A stretch of DNA of 64,000 nucleotides, from assembly GCF_009834535.1 (NCBI RefSeq), contig NC_045707.1:62808001-62872000 (forward strand), read 5' to 3'. Source of the stretch: Camelus ferus. Its lineage: Eukaryota. Made by a program: the position numbers and the translations under genes. A model generated the notes under the pieces. The model saw nothing but the letters and a program-made list of their open reading frames with translations, made no database searches and was not told where the DNA came from. Below are positions 52,234 through 64,000 of this stretch, in pieces. Positions within the stretch are counted from its first letter, which is position 1. Every line of letters starts with the position of its first letter.

Positions 52234-52863
52234 TGAGACAGGAAGGGGGCAGGCACAGCCATTCAAGGAATGGTACAGCAATTAACAAAAACGGTGAAGG
52301 ATTCAACTCCCAGGAGGCCTTGAGGCTCAAGATGGTGGGAGATTTGACTTCTAGCAGATCCTGAATTTCATTATATGCCCATTGTAATGTATTAACGTGG
52401 TGAGTAACATGCCCACAGGCCCATGGCAGTCCCAAGACTAGCCATACTAGGTCAAAGAGTGAGAAATGGCCAACTTCCTGGGAATCCCAGCCCCTTCCCC
52501 AGGCTACTTAGACTGGTCCTTCCACTTATTAGCATATGAAGCCTCTGAGCCCATAAAAACTGGCAACATGGTGCCTTGGGGCCACCGTCCTCTCTCTCTC
52601 TCCCTCTTCTAGACGGCCAGCACTCTGTCCTTGGAATGTGTTCCTACTTGTAATCTGAACACCCAACCCCCACACCTCATGGCCTTTCTCTTGCCTTTCA
52701 ATGTATCTCTCTGCATAAATCTACTTTCACTCACCTGTGGCTCGCTCTTGAATTCTTTCCTGCGTGAAGCCAAGGACCCACACTTGGCGGGGCAGGTCCC
52801 AGGGCTCACCCGAAGCCTGGGACATGGCCCTCCTCACGCCCCTCATCCGTTTTTCCTGCATCA
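52234..52863 (+). mobile_element. ERV1 solo LTR, MER41-like, copy 2
   Basis: tgagacagga...ttttcctgcatca, the same termini as 29839-30481; 'caagatggtgg', 'cattatatgcccattgtaatgtatta', 'ttagcatat', 'ccataaaaact', 'gaattctttcctgcgtgaagccaaggaccc'. No clean TSD (ctgt/gtct). Confidence 0.85.
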
Positions 52864-53874
52864 GTCTTACTCTGCGTATTTTTACTGTCCTAAAGCTATA
52901 TTCTCCAAATTAAAAAGGACCAGACACATGGAGAGAAAAATGTCAGAAATACGAGGAGAATGTGACAGAAATGTTTATACTGATAGACTTCTCAGAGTCT
53001 GAGAGATCAAGTTGGTTAAAAAATAGAATATAAACTATTTGAGATAATGGCTTATAAAATAGCTTTCACACATATTTATTAAACTTTGATTTTTAGAAAA
53101 TTGATGATACATCTTTGCAGCCTTTCCCTGAATAATTATAAAAGTTGACCCTTATATACTGCCACAAAAGCTTAATGCATTTGCAAAAGCAAAACTTGCA
53201 CAGTCAACAATATTGGACCAAACTAAAAAATAAAACTTATTAATAATAAATATTTAATACCAGCTATTGATGACCAAAGTTCGTCTCACTCCGCAAACAC
53301 CAACTGGTATAAATTTTTTAAGTCAGGCACGAACCAATTTGCTTTATTATTATCATTATATTATTTTTATTTGATTGCATGTAGCTTTTAAACCCAATCT
53401 GACAAGAAGCTGTTTTTTCTTTTCTTCCTTCCTTTTTTTCTTTATTTGTTCGTTTATAATTAAATGCTATCTAATTTGCCAAAGTGTGACCGGCAATTAT
53501 TTTACTGTTACCTCCAGAACCAAATGTGGAAACCCGAGTTAGTACAGAATTTTATATTCAGTCCAGTAACATTTTGGTTTTCCCTATAGTTCATCTCTTT
53601 GCACTGTTGCCCAGTTAATCCGCTCTGTCTTGCTGTTCCGGAAAGGTCAGAAATCAGAATAACTAGTGGGTTTTTAATCCTCTTTACCAGCTTCTCTCTG
53701 GAGCATGCTTGACCCTATCACTGTTAATTATCACTTGTTTCACGTGCTGTTTTATAGAACTCCCTTACATATGCACTTGCAGATGTTTTTGTAGAAAATT
53801 GGGGAGTATCTGATATTTCCCTCCTTTGTCATAATCCAGAGTGACCAGACTATGGCTGGACCTGCAAAGAAGCA

Positions 53875-54130
53875 GCCAAGCATGAGGAGTAGTTAAACAC
53901 ACAGACTCTGGAGTCAGGATGAGCATCCCTGTGTGAACGCTGGTTCCCTAACGTACACACTGCTGGTATTTGAGAAAATCACCTAAACTTATGAAGATCC
54001 AGTGTTCAAGTATAAATTGCAAATAAAACTAGTATCTTCCTGGTGATATTAGTGTGTAAATTACATGAGTTAATACACACAAAATTCCTAGTGCAGGGAC
54101 TAACGTAATAAAATTCAGTAACGATGAACT
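53875..54130 (+). mobile_element. MIR SINE
   Basis: 'gtagttaaacacacagactctggagtcag...aaatcacctaaac...aattacatgagttaataca'. Confidence 0.7.
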
Positions 54131-55184
54131 CATATCACTGTTAGTTACATTTAGCAGTCAGGAGCCATATCAGATTCAAATATGTTCTAAATAATAATGC
54201 TCATAGACACTTTTACACTCTGCATAGAAATTAAGTCTATGGAATGAAGAGATCAATTTATCTTTTACTGCAATTTATCTTACACCTTTTACAGTGAGGA
54301 GTAAAATAGAGAGTTGTGTTCTGTAAAGCAAAAGTTGCTGCTTATAATTGGATCCTCACAGTCAGGCTATCCTCCCATTTAGGCTTCTTTCTTTTTTCTA
54401 ACATTTCTAACTGTAGCATTTCCTATTGCCTCTCCTAAGTTCAGGCTCCAATTCTGAAAAAAGAAGAAACCAAAGAAAGTTTCACAGTGTTAGTCCCCTT
54501 TCTCAATAGTATGTATATCATAAACTTCTGTGGGAATGTTTGCATATGGGGGTGTGTGTATTTGCATTTGTGTGTAAAAATACTAGCTTAGACTTAGATA
54601 TCTTAGGTGTGGGGTGCTCATAGGATTAAAATACTTGAAAATATTAATACCATACTAAATCGATTTTTTAAAAACTGAATTGCCAGTTTATTTTTTATCA
54701 GCTAAACAATCTGCTCGTACAAATAACTGTGCTTGTTGATTTGTCTTAGAGAAATAATGTTCTTCATTTAAAAATTGATTTAGTGCACATTTTGGTTATC
54801 ATGCAGAATCAGTCTCCGTATATTAAGCTGATGCTAACTGCAAGTGGTTAATGCTTTACCTAAAAATAAGCAATTTTTCTATTTTTCGGTAGTAGAACCC
54901 TTTCTGATTCATGTCCGTTGCCTTTGCTAATGCTTTAATTATCACATTGGTAGGAGATTTTCATCTATTTATTTTTCACAGGTGCAACCAATTGTTGGGT
55001 TTTCAAGGCATAGTAAAAGTGATATTATAATCTGTATTCACGAAATACTTTAAAAAACTAAGATTAAAAATGTAATGATAAAAAAGACAAAATACCAAAC
55101 TATTTTTGGGAAATACTGTAGGATAATGTTTTGTGCAGTTAACCAAAGTAAGTTCACAGAAACGTATATTGTTATATTTGGGTG

Positions 55185-56080
55185 AAATTAGTCATGGTTC
55201 AATCAGAGTAGCAGAAGCACTAGGAGGTAATATGATGGCTGCTATCTCTGTGCCTGGTGCCGAAGCCTGAAGTCTGCGAGGGATGCGGTTTGGAAAAGAA
55301 AATGGATTCGAAGTGGGGAAAACGAGGACAAACTGCAGCCTGTGAGGTGAACTGGAAAGCGCAAGGTTACATGGAAAACCCCGTTCGTCTCTGACCACTT
55401 CTCAGGCTCCAGCTTTGAAGACTTTGAAGCGAGGGGATGTTCTGCAGGAGGAGTTAGCATCCTTCATCTCAGATAAACATACCCTAGACAGGGAATTTGA
55501 GAAGCTGAAAGCAAAAATCTGGCAGGAATGGTAGGCCAGCTCTCTTAACAAAGTACCACAAACTAAGTGGCTTAAAACTACAGACATTTACTATCTCATA
55601 GTTCTAGGGGCTGAGTCCAAAATCAGGGTGTCAGCGGGGACATGCTCTTTCCGGAGACTCTCTGGAAGGACTCCTGTTTCTTGTAACATCTTTGCTATTC
55701 CTTGGTTTGTAGCTGCATCACTCCAATCTCTGCTGCCATCTTCACATGTCTTTCTCCCATGATGTCTTATAAGGACACCAGTGTTATTGAATAGAACCCA
55801 CCCTCATTCAGCATGACCTCTTCTTAATTGGATTATATCTGCATAGATCCTATTTACAAACAAGTCATGTTCACGGATACCAGGGGTTAGGATTTCAGTA
55901 CATCCCTTTGGGGGATGCAACTCAATCCACACTTCTGTGTGTTGAATCCACCTGACTTCTTATGAAAGAACCAACTTTTCTCTTTCTCACTCAATGCTGA
56001 CACTGAGCAAATAAAACAACAGCATGTGTGTTACAACAGTGCCTCTAACCTCTAGAATGTAAAGGAACTGAACTGATTAT
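55185..56080 (-). mobile_element. Possible ancient ERVL-type LTR split by an MLT1B/C insertion
   Basis: Start 'tagtcatggttcaatcagagtagcagaagcactagga' resembles antisense ERVL LTR ends; family unassigned. Confidence 0.35.
55529..55931 (-). mobile_element. ERVL-MaLR solo LTR (MLT1B/C-like)
   Basis: 'aacaaagtaccacaaactaagtggcttaaaac', 'gtagctgcatcactccaatctctg', 'cttataaggacaccagt', 'ccaggggttaggatttca'. Confidence 0.9.
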
Positions 56081-59000
56081 CTGTTCCCTCCATTCAAATC
56101 TTGTGCAGAATGTCTCTTTGGCTCACACGAACTCAACTGCGCCTGGCTTCTCCACTGATCTGCAATTCCGTCTCTGTCATCTGCAGGTGGTTTATGTATC
56201 AGTGGTCTGGTGGGAACTGCAGACACACAGGACTGCTTTTCATTCTGACTGCTCACTCTGCCAAGCTCCAAGCAACCTTCCCTGCTAATTGCTGGTAGTG
56301 GTACTTCTAGATCCTTTGTGCTGAAGGTTTATGTTTTCAGAGTCCAGGCTTAGGAATGGCTGTGTGTCCTTGAGAGCCCTTTAACGTTTAGTGTCCTCAC
56401 TTTGGAAGATCCAAAGCTTCAACTTTTGTTCGCCCTACCACTCAAGGCCATATCAAAACAGAAGGTTTGCCTGTCCGTGGGCCGAAGTGGCTTCCCAAGT
56501 CCACTCCCCTCTCGAAGTTTCTAATTCCCTTATACTGATTTACTATCATGCTGGATCTTTTATGGTTACAATGATTTTTAAAATATTTTATATCTGTTTT
56601 GATATTTTTAGCAAAATTATTCCTCAGAAAAAATCTAGCCCATCATCTCCCTAGAAATAGAAGTCCCATGGTTTTTTTTTTAGTACTAGGCAGAATGATT
56701 TTAATGTTTATATGAATGAATAAATATGAAAAACTTGCTAATGATGTTTGGATAAAGAAAAAAATGATAAGATGAACCAACCTATTAAAATGAGTAAAGG
56801 ATGCGAATGGAAAATTTAAAATTAAGAAATCACAAGGGGCTAATAAACATATGAAAAAAAGAGCCTAGACAATGACATGATGTGTAATAAGTTCTATGAA
56901 CAAGCCTTATTTGGACTTGAAGTAGGACCCATAAGAGAAACAAGAGGCAGACCCTCTGTTCAATGATGTCTTCCTGAGAGCATTTTTAGCGTTTTTAGCA
57001 TTTTTATCCTAGAAACACCATATTCAACTCGTAAATTAATGATTTCAGTGCCACATGTTTAAAACATTACGTTTCTTATTTCCTTGTTTTTTCCGCATCT
57101 CTTTGCCTTTAAGAATCTTGCTCATACAGCACACAAAACTGTTTTCCTTCAGGCCACTTCACAGCCACCTCATTTGGCATCTCCATTTCCAGAAGTAAGA
57201 TGTGAAGGCACAATCCACATACGCTAGTGGTTTTAAAATGATCATCAATAACTTGTTTCTAGAAAATAATCTATTTGCTCTAACAGCTTTTTTTATCCAG
57301 TAATGGAATAGCCAGGGGACGATTTTAATTTCTCTTCCTGGAAAATATAGGAATGAATTAAACTGATTTATGAACTAAATTAATACATTTGGGTGCAGTT
57401 CAAGGCAAATTGTTCTACTGACTCTCAAGTAAGATCGCCATGTGCTAGTAAACTATTTTTAAGGCTTTTCTCAATTTCTTTTCAAACTGAAATCAACTTC
57501 AAAAAGGAGACACATAATTCAGGTATAACATAATTTAAACAAGAGCCTGCCCGAATTTTGTTTTCTAAGGCTACAATATTTTGGGATCTACCAATAGTCT
57601 GATTATTCACACATCATTATGCTAATCCCATTTCAAATGGGATTTGGAAAAATTCCAATAAAGGGTTGATAACTTTATTAACTTTTACGTCTTTTTCTTC
57701 TTTTTTTTAAAGACTGATTTTATGCTGTTTTTGTATCAGCACACGTACAATTAAGAGAAAATCAATGTTTTTATTCTTCATTACTTACCAGAAGAAAATA
57801 TTTTCCCTTTGTGCCTTTCCTTTCTCCATTTGTAAAATAGAGAAGTCCCACTGGATCTCTAAAACTTTGGATTTAGAATTTGAAGCCACCGAAACATAAT
57901 AACTTAAGTGAAGAAAAATAATATTCATTTGGGTACTACTTCCATCCCCTATATTCTTACCAGCAATTAATAATTACCCCATGTAAGGTACCTTCTGCCA
58001 GCCACCAATTATTTCCACTCTCCTTAGCATTCAGACACACTAATTAAATTCCTTGGGTAACAAATACCCTGGCATGAGTCATCTTAGAGACAAACTGGAT
58101 GCTCATTTAAGCACTTTTATAACTTCAGCTTGGAATTCCGTACTATAAAGACAGTGATTACCGAAAAGTTAACTGGCCTGTCAGCTCTCTGTGACGTGTA
58201 ATTTCTGAAAGCGTCTCAAAAAACAACGAAACAAGTTGTGGAATTATTTTTGTTGTTGTTGTTCCTGAGTATAGTAATTTCTATTGGTGGTAAATTTAAC
58301 TTTTCATCTAATTGTGAAGTCCATGAAAAATGTAAACATGCAAGTCAAAAAGTCGTCATAAATACTTAAGCAATTATTTCCACCAAAGAACGAACAGTTA
58401 TAGCCTGAAATTATCTCAGCAGTACATCTTCTGAGTATAAAATACACTTTATAGTGTCATTTATAATATGTAATAGATATTCTCACTGCACCTCTATCAC
58501 TATGCAGGGCAGAAAAATAACCCCCAAAGAGAAGGCACATGAAAAAGGACACATCTATTCTCCTGGTAAACAGAAACAATAGAAAAAGTTTAATATCAGC
58601 TTACAAGCAGAAACTAAGGTATAAATAAAGGCGGTATTAGCATAGGTGAGTGACCGGGAATTAATGATGGGGATGAAAATGACATGGACTCCCACTCAGC
58701 AATAAGAACAAGGAGAATGCAGAACCTTGGGACACACAGGTCCAAGGCAAGAGCACAGGAGATAAAGGAACCAGCACCAAGGAGCACAGTTTGATCCCAT
58801 TCTCCACTCTACATCCCAGCTCTGTGGTGAGAGAGCACGTCTGCTTTATCCCCGGGGCTTGCTCAAGTCTGGAACAGACAGTGAAGGGATGTGCCTTTAA
58901 GGGTGTGATGCCCCACATCGCTTTGCCATGCTTATTTAAGAAGCAGCAGAAGTCAGGAATAAAATTCCATTTTATCACAATACAGGCTGAAAAAAAAAAA

Positions 59001-59989
59001 AACCGTGGTAAACACAAAGCACTGCAATTCCACCATCACAGTCAAATAATTTCAAGAAATGTCTTGTAAACCCACTCATTTGGGGCCGAGAGAAATGGGA
59101 GTTTGATGCTCTCAGCCACACTTCCTGATAGTCCTTTCCGCCTTTTCTGGCCTCAGAGTTTAAAGTGTTACAGTGTTAGAAATTTTTTTTTTTGCTGCAA
59201 AAAAGAGAAAACCTCAATTTACAAAAGTGAGTTAACTAAAAAGAAATGCATTACTGCGCTTAACAATGGGACCAGAAATCTGGCAGTTTCCAGGCACACT
59301 ATGCCCAGACTCTGGCTCTGCTATGATGCAACTCTCATTGTTCTGCTCTCCCACATGTTGACTTAATTCTCAAGCCAACAGCAAGCACCTCCGTGAGTCT
59401 GGAAATTGCATTCAAACTCCTAAGCATAAAGAATCCTTCTATTTCTAAGACTCATTCTCAGAAGTTGAGAATTTTTTTTTTTTTTACAAAAGACACCCAA
59501 TATGTTTTCCTTCACATCTTCTTTTCCAGATTTGAGCTCATCCTTAAAATCAATTCCTAGCAAGAAGCGTGGGTTAGATGGATTATTTCAAATGGAGTAG
59601 AAGTTGGAGAGTGAAGCACAAGGGCCACTATTATACATACAATGATGTGACCTTGACTATAAGAGGAAGTGAACGTTTACTTTTGGAAAATATAGCAACA
59701 CCATAGCTATGCAGTATAAACTGGTTGCCTTGAATTCAGCTAACTAACAGATCAAGCCCTACATTAACAGACTTCACTGGCTGATGAGCAAAATCCGTTG
59801 CATGACCCTTTTCTGAAGCAACTTCTATCCATGACATGCTGTTCTGCCAGCTTAGAACACTCTTCTATCCACTCTTGGTAATGCTCGATTCCTGTAGTCC
59901 GAGTGTAGGCTTACATGACATCCTCCTCAGGAGATTGACACATACAGGTCTCATCTTGCCTCAATCTTCTGTCAAGGCATCCTTCTTAC

Positions 59990-60180
59990 TTCCTTCACAA
60001 CACTTTCCATACTTCTAAATTGTATATTTATTTGGTTACTTTTTTAGTATGTACTTTACTGAATAAGGTCCAATTTTCATGGCAGCAGGAACCACGTCTG
60101 TTTTAACCACTGAAGAATAATGCATATCATGGTGCACAGCACACAGCAGGCACCCGCTGAACATGTGTTGAAAGAAAGGA
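59990..60180 (+). mobile_element. LINE-2 3' end
   Basis: 'gcaggaaccacgtctgtttt...gcacacagcaggcacccgctgaacatgtgttgaa'. Confidence 0.7.
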
Positions 60181-60626
60181 CTAAATATATTCACATATAC
60201 ATAATTAAATATATATATATATGAATACAAAGAGTTTATAACATGAAAATTTCCGTATTAGGGACTTAGTATATTATAAAAATAATTTCAAATAATCAAG
60301 TTAGGGTGAACTTTAATGGTATTGGGACAATTAGCTATTGCTTGAGGGAGAAAAAACTTATACAAAAACCAATATATTTCATGTGGATTCAATATCTAAC
60401 CTTTAAAAATTAACTATAAAAGATATGGACTAGAAGAAAATAGACAATCTTTCATTCATTTATTACAAGGTGAAAAAATTTTTCTAAGCCATGAAACCCA
60501 CAAGTTATAAAAGATGGATAGATTAGATTACATTAAAAACCTAGCTCATATATACAGTGAAAAACATAATAAAAATGTGAGACTATATTTGCAGTATTTA
60601 TTATCCTAGATTATCTAAGCTCTTAC

Positions 60627-61137
60627 TGTTCAGAACTGTGAAGCAGCTAGTAGTTTACCCTACTTCCAAGCAAACAGGTTGATCCCTATGTTTCATGGAC
60701 AGTGACAGAAGACACAGGATTCCTGGATCAGAAATATAAAGCAGTTTATTACTTACAATGACAGCAACAAGCAGTGTATCAGAAGCCTGGCTTCAGTTCT
60801 TCAAGCCCTAATTCCCACAGGCAGCATGAGGAAGGCTGTAGGCACCTGAATAGGTAGTAAGTTACATTACAGGAGAGGAACTCTGCATTTAGGGAACCCA
60901 CTTTTTTTTTTTATAAAATTTGCTTGCTCTTTCCTCCAGAAGAAGACACTATCTTTTTTTTTCTCTGGACCTATAAGCAAATCTACCCTTAGCTATGAAG
61001 AAAGCCTCTCTCTCTCTCTTCCAAGGCGGTTGACTATACAAATATCCTTGAAATAGTGGTCCAGAACACAGGCAATCAGTGCCTCACCCGCAAAACGTGC
61101 AGAAACGCAAGAGGCTCTTGGAGAATGGCCTCTGATG
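60627..61137 (-). mobile_element. ERVL solo LTR (LTR40a-like)
   Basis: Antisense 'agaactgtgaag', 'gtttcatgga...cagaagacac...tcctggatcaga', 'gtttattact', 'acaggagaggaac', 'ttccaaggc...ctatacaaatatccttgaaa', 'cagtgcctc...acgtgcagaaacgc'. Confidence 0.88.
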
Positions 61138-61149
61138 TTTATTTATTCT

Positions 61150-61950
61150 AAACCAGTCATTCCACTGAACACAGGTCCAGTTCCTTCTCAATTACTCTAA
61201 AACTTCTTCCTTTTCGCTCTTACATCAATGATTTTTCACTATACTATGTCCCGGTGGCACATAATTGCATTTTTTTTTTCCATTCCAGTTTCCATTCCAT
61301 TTCTCTGCTTACCTGTGCAGCAGAATTACTCATACTTCTTCCTCCTTCGCTCTGACATATACTCCAATAAGATTTTTGCTTACAGAATTCCATTACAGAA
61401 TGACCCTTGCAAAGATCACCAATGACTCAAATGATCACATAATTTATTTTCAAAACTATGGCACTTAGGGCTAAAGGATGATTATTATTTATTAAACCAA
61501 GGCAACAGGTGCAAACTGGGAGGGCCACAGATACAACAGCATGAACAGTCACTCTACCAAAACTCTTCAAGTAGTTAAATCCAATGGTCAATTCAGTTGA
61601 CAAATTATCAGTATCTGACGCCACCGATCATATAGTTCCATCACTTGTTTTTCTGAACGCCACGTCCACTGATTGCTCCTTCTTTGCATGTTTTACTCTT
61701 ACCAACAACGTTACCATGGAAGCCAGGGCTTCAGTCACTAATCCTACCTCCTCTTCTACTTACTCTCTTTTTCTTTGTGATCTCACTTCTGTCTTGTGGT
61801 TTAAAATACTAGCTATAAGCCACTAAAGAATAAATTGATATTTTTAGCACAGATCTCTCTTCTGAATTCAAGACTGCTGTATAGACTACTCAGTATCTCT
61901 ACTTGGATTCTAATAGACTTATCAAACCATGAATTATCTGAATATAAATT
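61150..61950 (+). mobile_element. LINE-2 ORF2 (RT region) fragment
   Basis: 'ccttgcaaagatcaccaatgac', 'aaatccaatggtcaatt', 'gtgatctca...tgtggtttaaaatac', 'cagatctctcttctgaattcaagact', 'tctctacttggattctaatag'. Confidence 0.7.
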
Positions 61951-62259
61951 CAACCAATGCTGAAAAGGTTGACACAGGGAATCTAATACATCAAGAGGGC
62001 TGCAGTCTCAGATCGCGGTGCGTTAGCTATCCATCAGGCTTTGCGAAACTGCAAATCTGATAACTGGCTCTACTCTCTCTCCATTTAATTGGCACTAACA
62101 AAAAATGTAAAGCTACATAGGACCATAAGAAGTGAGTGGAGAGAGTATGGGATTTAGAGTTACAAAGAGAGCTTCAAATCCCAGCTCCTTTTCCTATTTC
62201 CTGACTGTGGGGTATTACCACATAGCTCACAGAGTTGTTATCATGTGTGTGTAAGTAAT

Positions 62260-62780
62260 GATTGCATTACCTTGGGAATAGCAGAAAGTCTGACCCTCCC
62301 CCCCTAAAAAAAAAAGACTTAAGTGGGATTAAAATTTTTATATAGCAAAAATGCTGGCAATAAAATGTCCAGGGCTGGTGGAACTGCCCAAAAAGTCATC
62401 TAAAATTCTGGCTTAGCTTATCTTCCCACTCTGCCCTCCTTATTATGTGGTTTCATCAAAGATGAAGCTCTTCCTTCTGGATCAATATCACACCGTTGTC
62501 CCAAGTGGGAAGAAGAAATAAGGGAACAGCTAAGGACAAAAGGCAAAACTTTAAGTTCCCAGAAATTTGTCTTTTTTATTACTGAAGTTCAATTCCTAAA
62601 AGGGAGCCTTCCCCCAGAGCTGTGAACCCTCCATGCCATTGACCAGAACTGTGCATATGACTGGGACAAGATGCAATGGCGCTCGCTGATTCTGGAATTT
62701 TAGCTGGAAGTAGCAGAATCTTAAACAAAACTGGAATTATTTTAGTAAGAAAAGAAGATAAATTGGTTGTCAGCATGCCT
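62260..62780 (-). mobile_element. ERVL-MaLR LTR (MLT1I/J-like), apparently nested in a MIR
   Basis: 'gtccagggctgg', 'ctctgccctcctt', 'ccattgaccagaactgtgcatatg'; MIR-like sequence on both sides (about 62130-62255 and 62790-62870). Confidence 0.6.
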
Positions 62781-64000
62781 GTCAAAAAGATTAATGGAGA
62801 TGATATAAGCCAACGCACTCAGCGCAGTTCTTGACACACATTAGGTGGCTCGGTATATATAAGTCCTATTGTTGATCAACATTCTTTGAATGTTCTCCTG
62901 ACATCTTCAAATCTATTCAATACCACCTTTAGCCAGTCAGTATCTTATTGTTTTATTAGCAGGAAGGAAATCTGGGGTTCAAAACTTCACTCAAACTTAC
63001 TATTTCAAGAAAGGAAATTCCAGGTGGAAGAAACTGCCGGATACAAGGGATAGCGGACAGTGATAAGAATGTCAGCGTGAATACTCAGAGCACCACAGGG
63101 CACTAGGAGGCACCAACAATTTACGTGGTTCATGATGTGCCAATGAAAGAGCCGGGAGCTTTTTGGTCCATTCCTCTGTTTCTCTACTTTGCACTAATTC
63201 TGTCTGCAGTTCTGCTCTCCACATGCTCAGTAGGAAACCAGAGATCTGACTGAATTTAATTTAAAAAAAAACAAACCTTTTAAGTGCGTGAGCTTCTTGT
63301 AGTTTGACGATGTATAAAAATGCAACACGTTTTCATTGTGGAAAGCGCTCTTTTCTTCCAACTTTTAACTGAGAGTTTGACAAAGTTTTCTTCAGCTTCC
63401 ACTTGTAAGTTTCTGTGCCTGTTATCTTTTCAGCACAGCTTGGCGGATCGCAAAGGCTCCCTTCCCTGCACAAAACTCTACAACCATGGCAACTGCCCTT
63501 TGAAAAGGAAATACTGCCATAGGGGGAGGCAGCCAGCTCACCCAGGCTCAGGGAGTCCAGAAGTAAGCAGCTGCAAAGGACGTCGGAAGGGAAATGGCTG
63601 GGGCTTAGGGCATTTTGAGAAATTAATTTGAGAGACTTCCACTTTCTTCATGAACCCCTCCAGTTGAATACCACTTTTCATAGCATGGAGCTCCAGCCTG
63701 CGGAATTCAGTATGGCAGGAGGTCAGCACATCCAATATGTGACTGGATTTCAAAACCAGCTGACTATATGCTCTGAACAAAACTAGTACTCCTACCTGTT
63801 GGCCAGGACAGCGCAATTCATTATGAGTACGGGGTTAAAACACACCCTCAGTAGGTGCCAAGTTAAGTTGTTTTTTTCCCTTAATCTGTGGTGTCACGGT
63901 GGAAACACCACTGAAAGAATGTGCTGCAACCTGAAATAAGAGTTTTGAATTATTTCGATATGTAGATATTGAGTATAATATATCATTATCTGGTCACTCA

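Noticed and set aside
29839..52863. The two MER41-like LTRs as 5' and 3' LTRs of one 23-kb provirus
   Set aside because: The copies are visibly diverged, the first has its own near-TSD, there is no gag/pol/env between them, and the interval is filled with much older MIR, L2 and L1 elements.

Overview
AT-rich mammalian genomic DNA, most likely camelid: a tRNA-Ala-derived SINE at 26199-26364 matches the camelid Vic-1 type, and I saw no Alu, Bov-tA, PRE or Can-SINE. I found no convincing functional protein-coding gene, rRNA, true tRNA or CRISPR array; the window looks intergenic or like part of a very large intron. It is dominated by ancient eutherian interspersed repeats (MIR, L2, L1M, MLT1/MLT2, MER20, MER5A, MER31, LTR40), several of them nested. 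Notable items: two same-orientation MER41-like solo LTRs (29839-30481, 52234-52863) with STAT/GAS-like motifs; a decayed, intronless coding-like segment at about 48050-49800 that looks like a processed pseudogene of a parent I could not identify; a near-perfect 133-bp tandem duplication (2553-2818); a cluster of L1 5' ends at 23-32 kb; and several candidate enhancers in unique sequence. Repeat family names come from my recall of consensus sequences, not from a database search; boundaries of old elements are approximate. I did not find a clearly new biological system.
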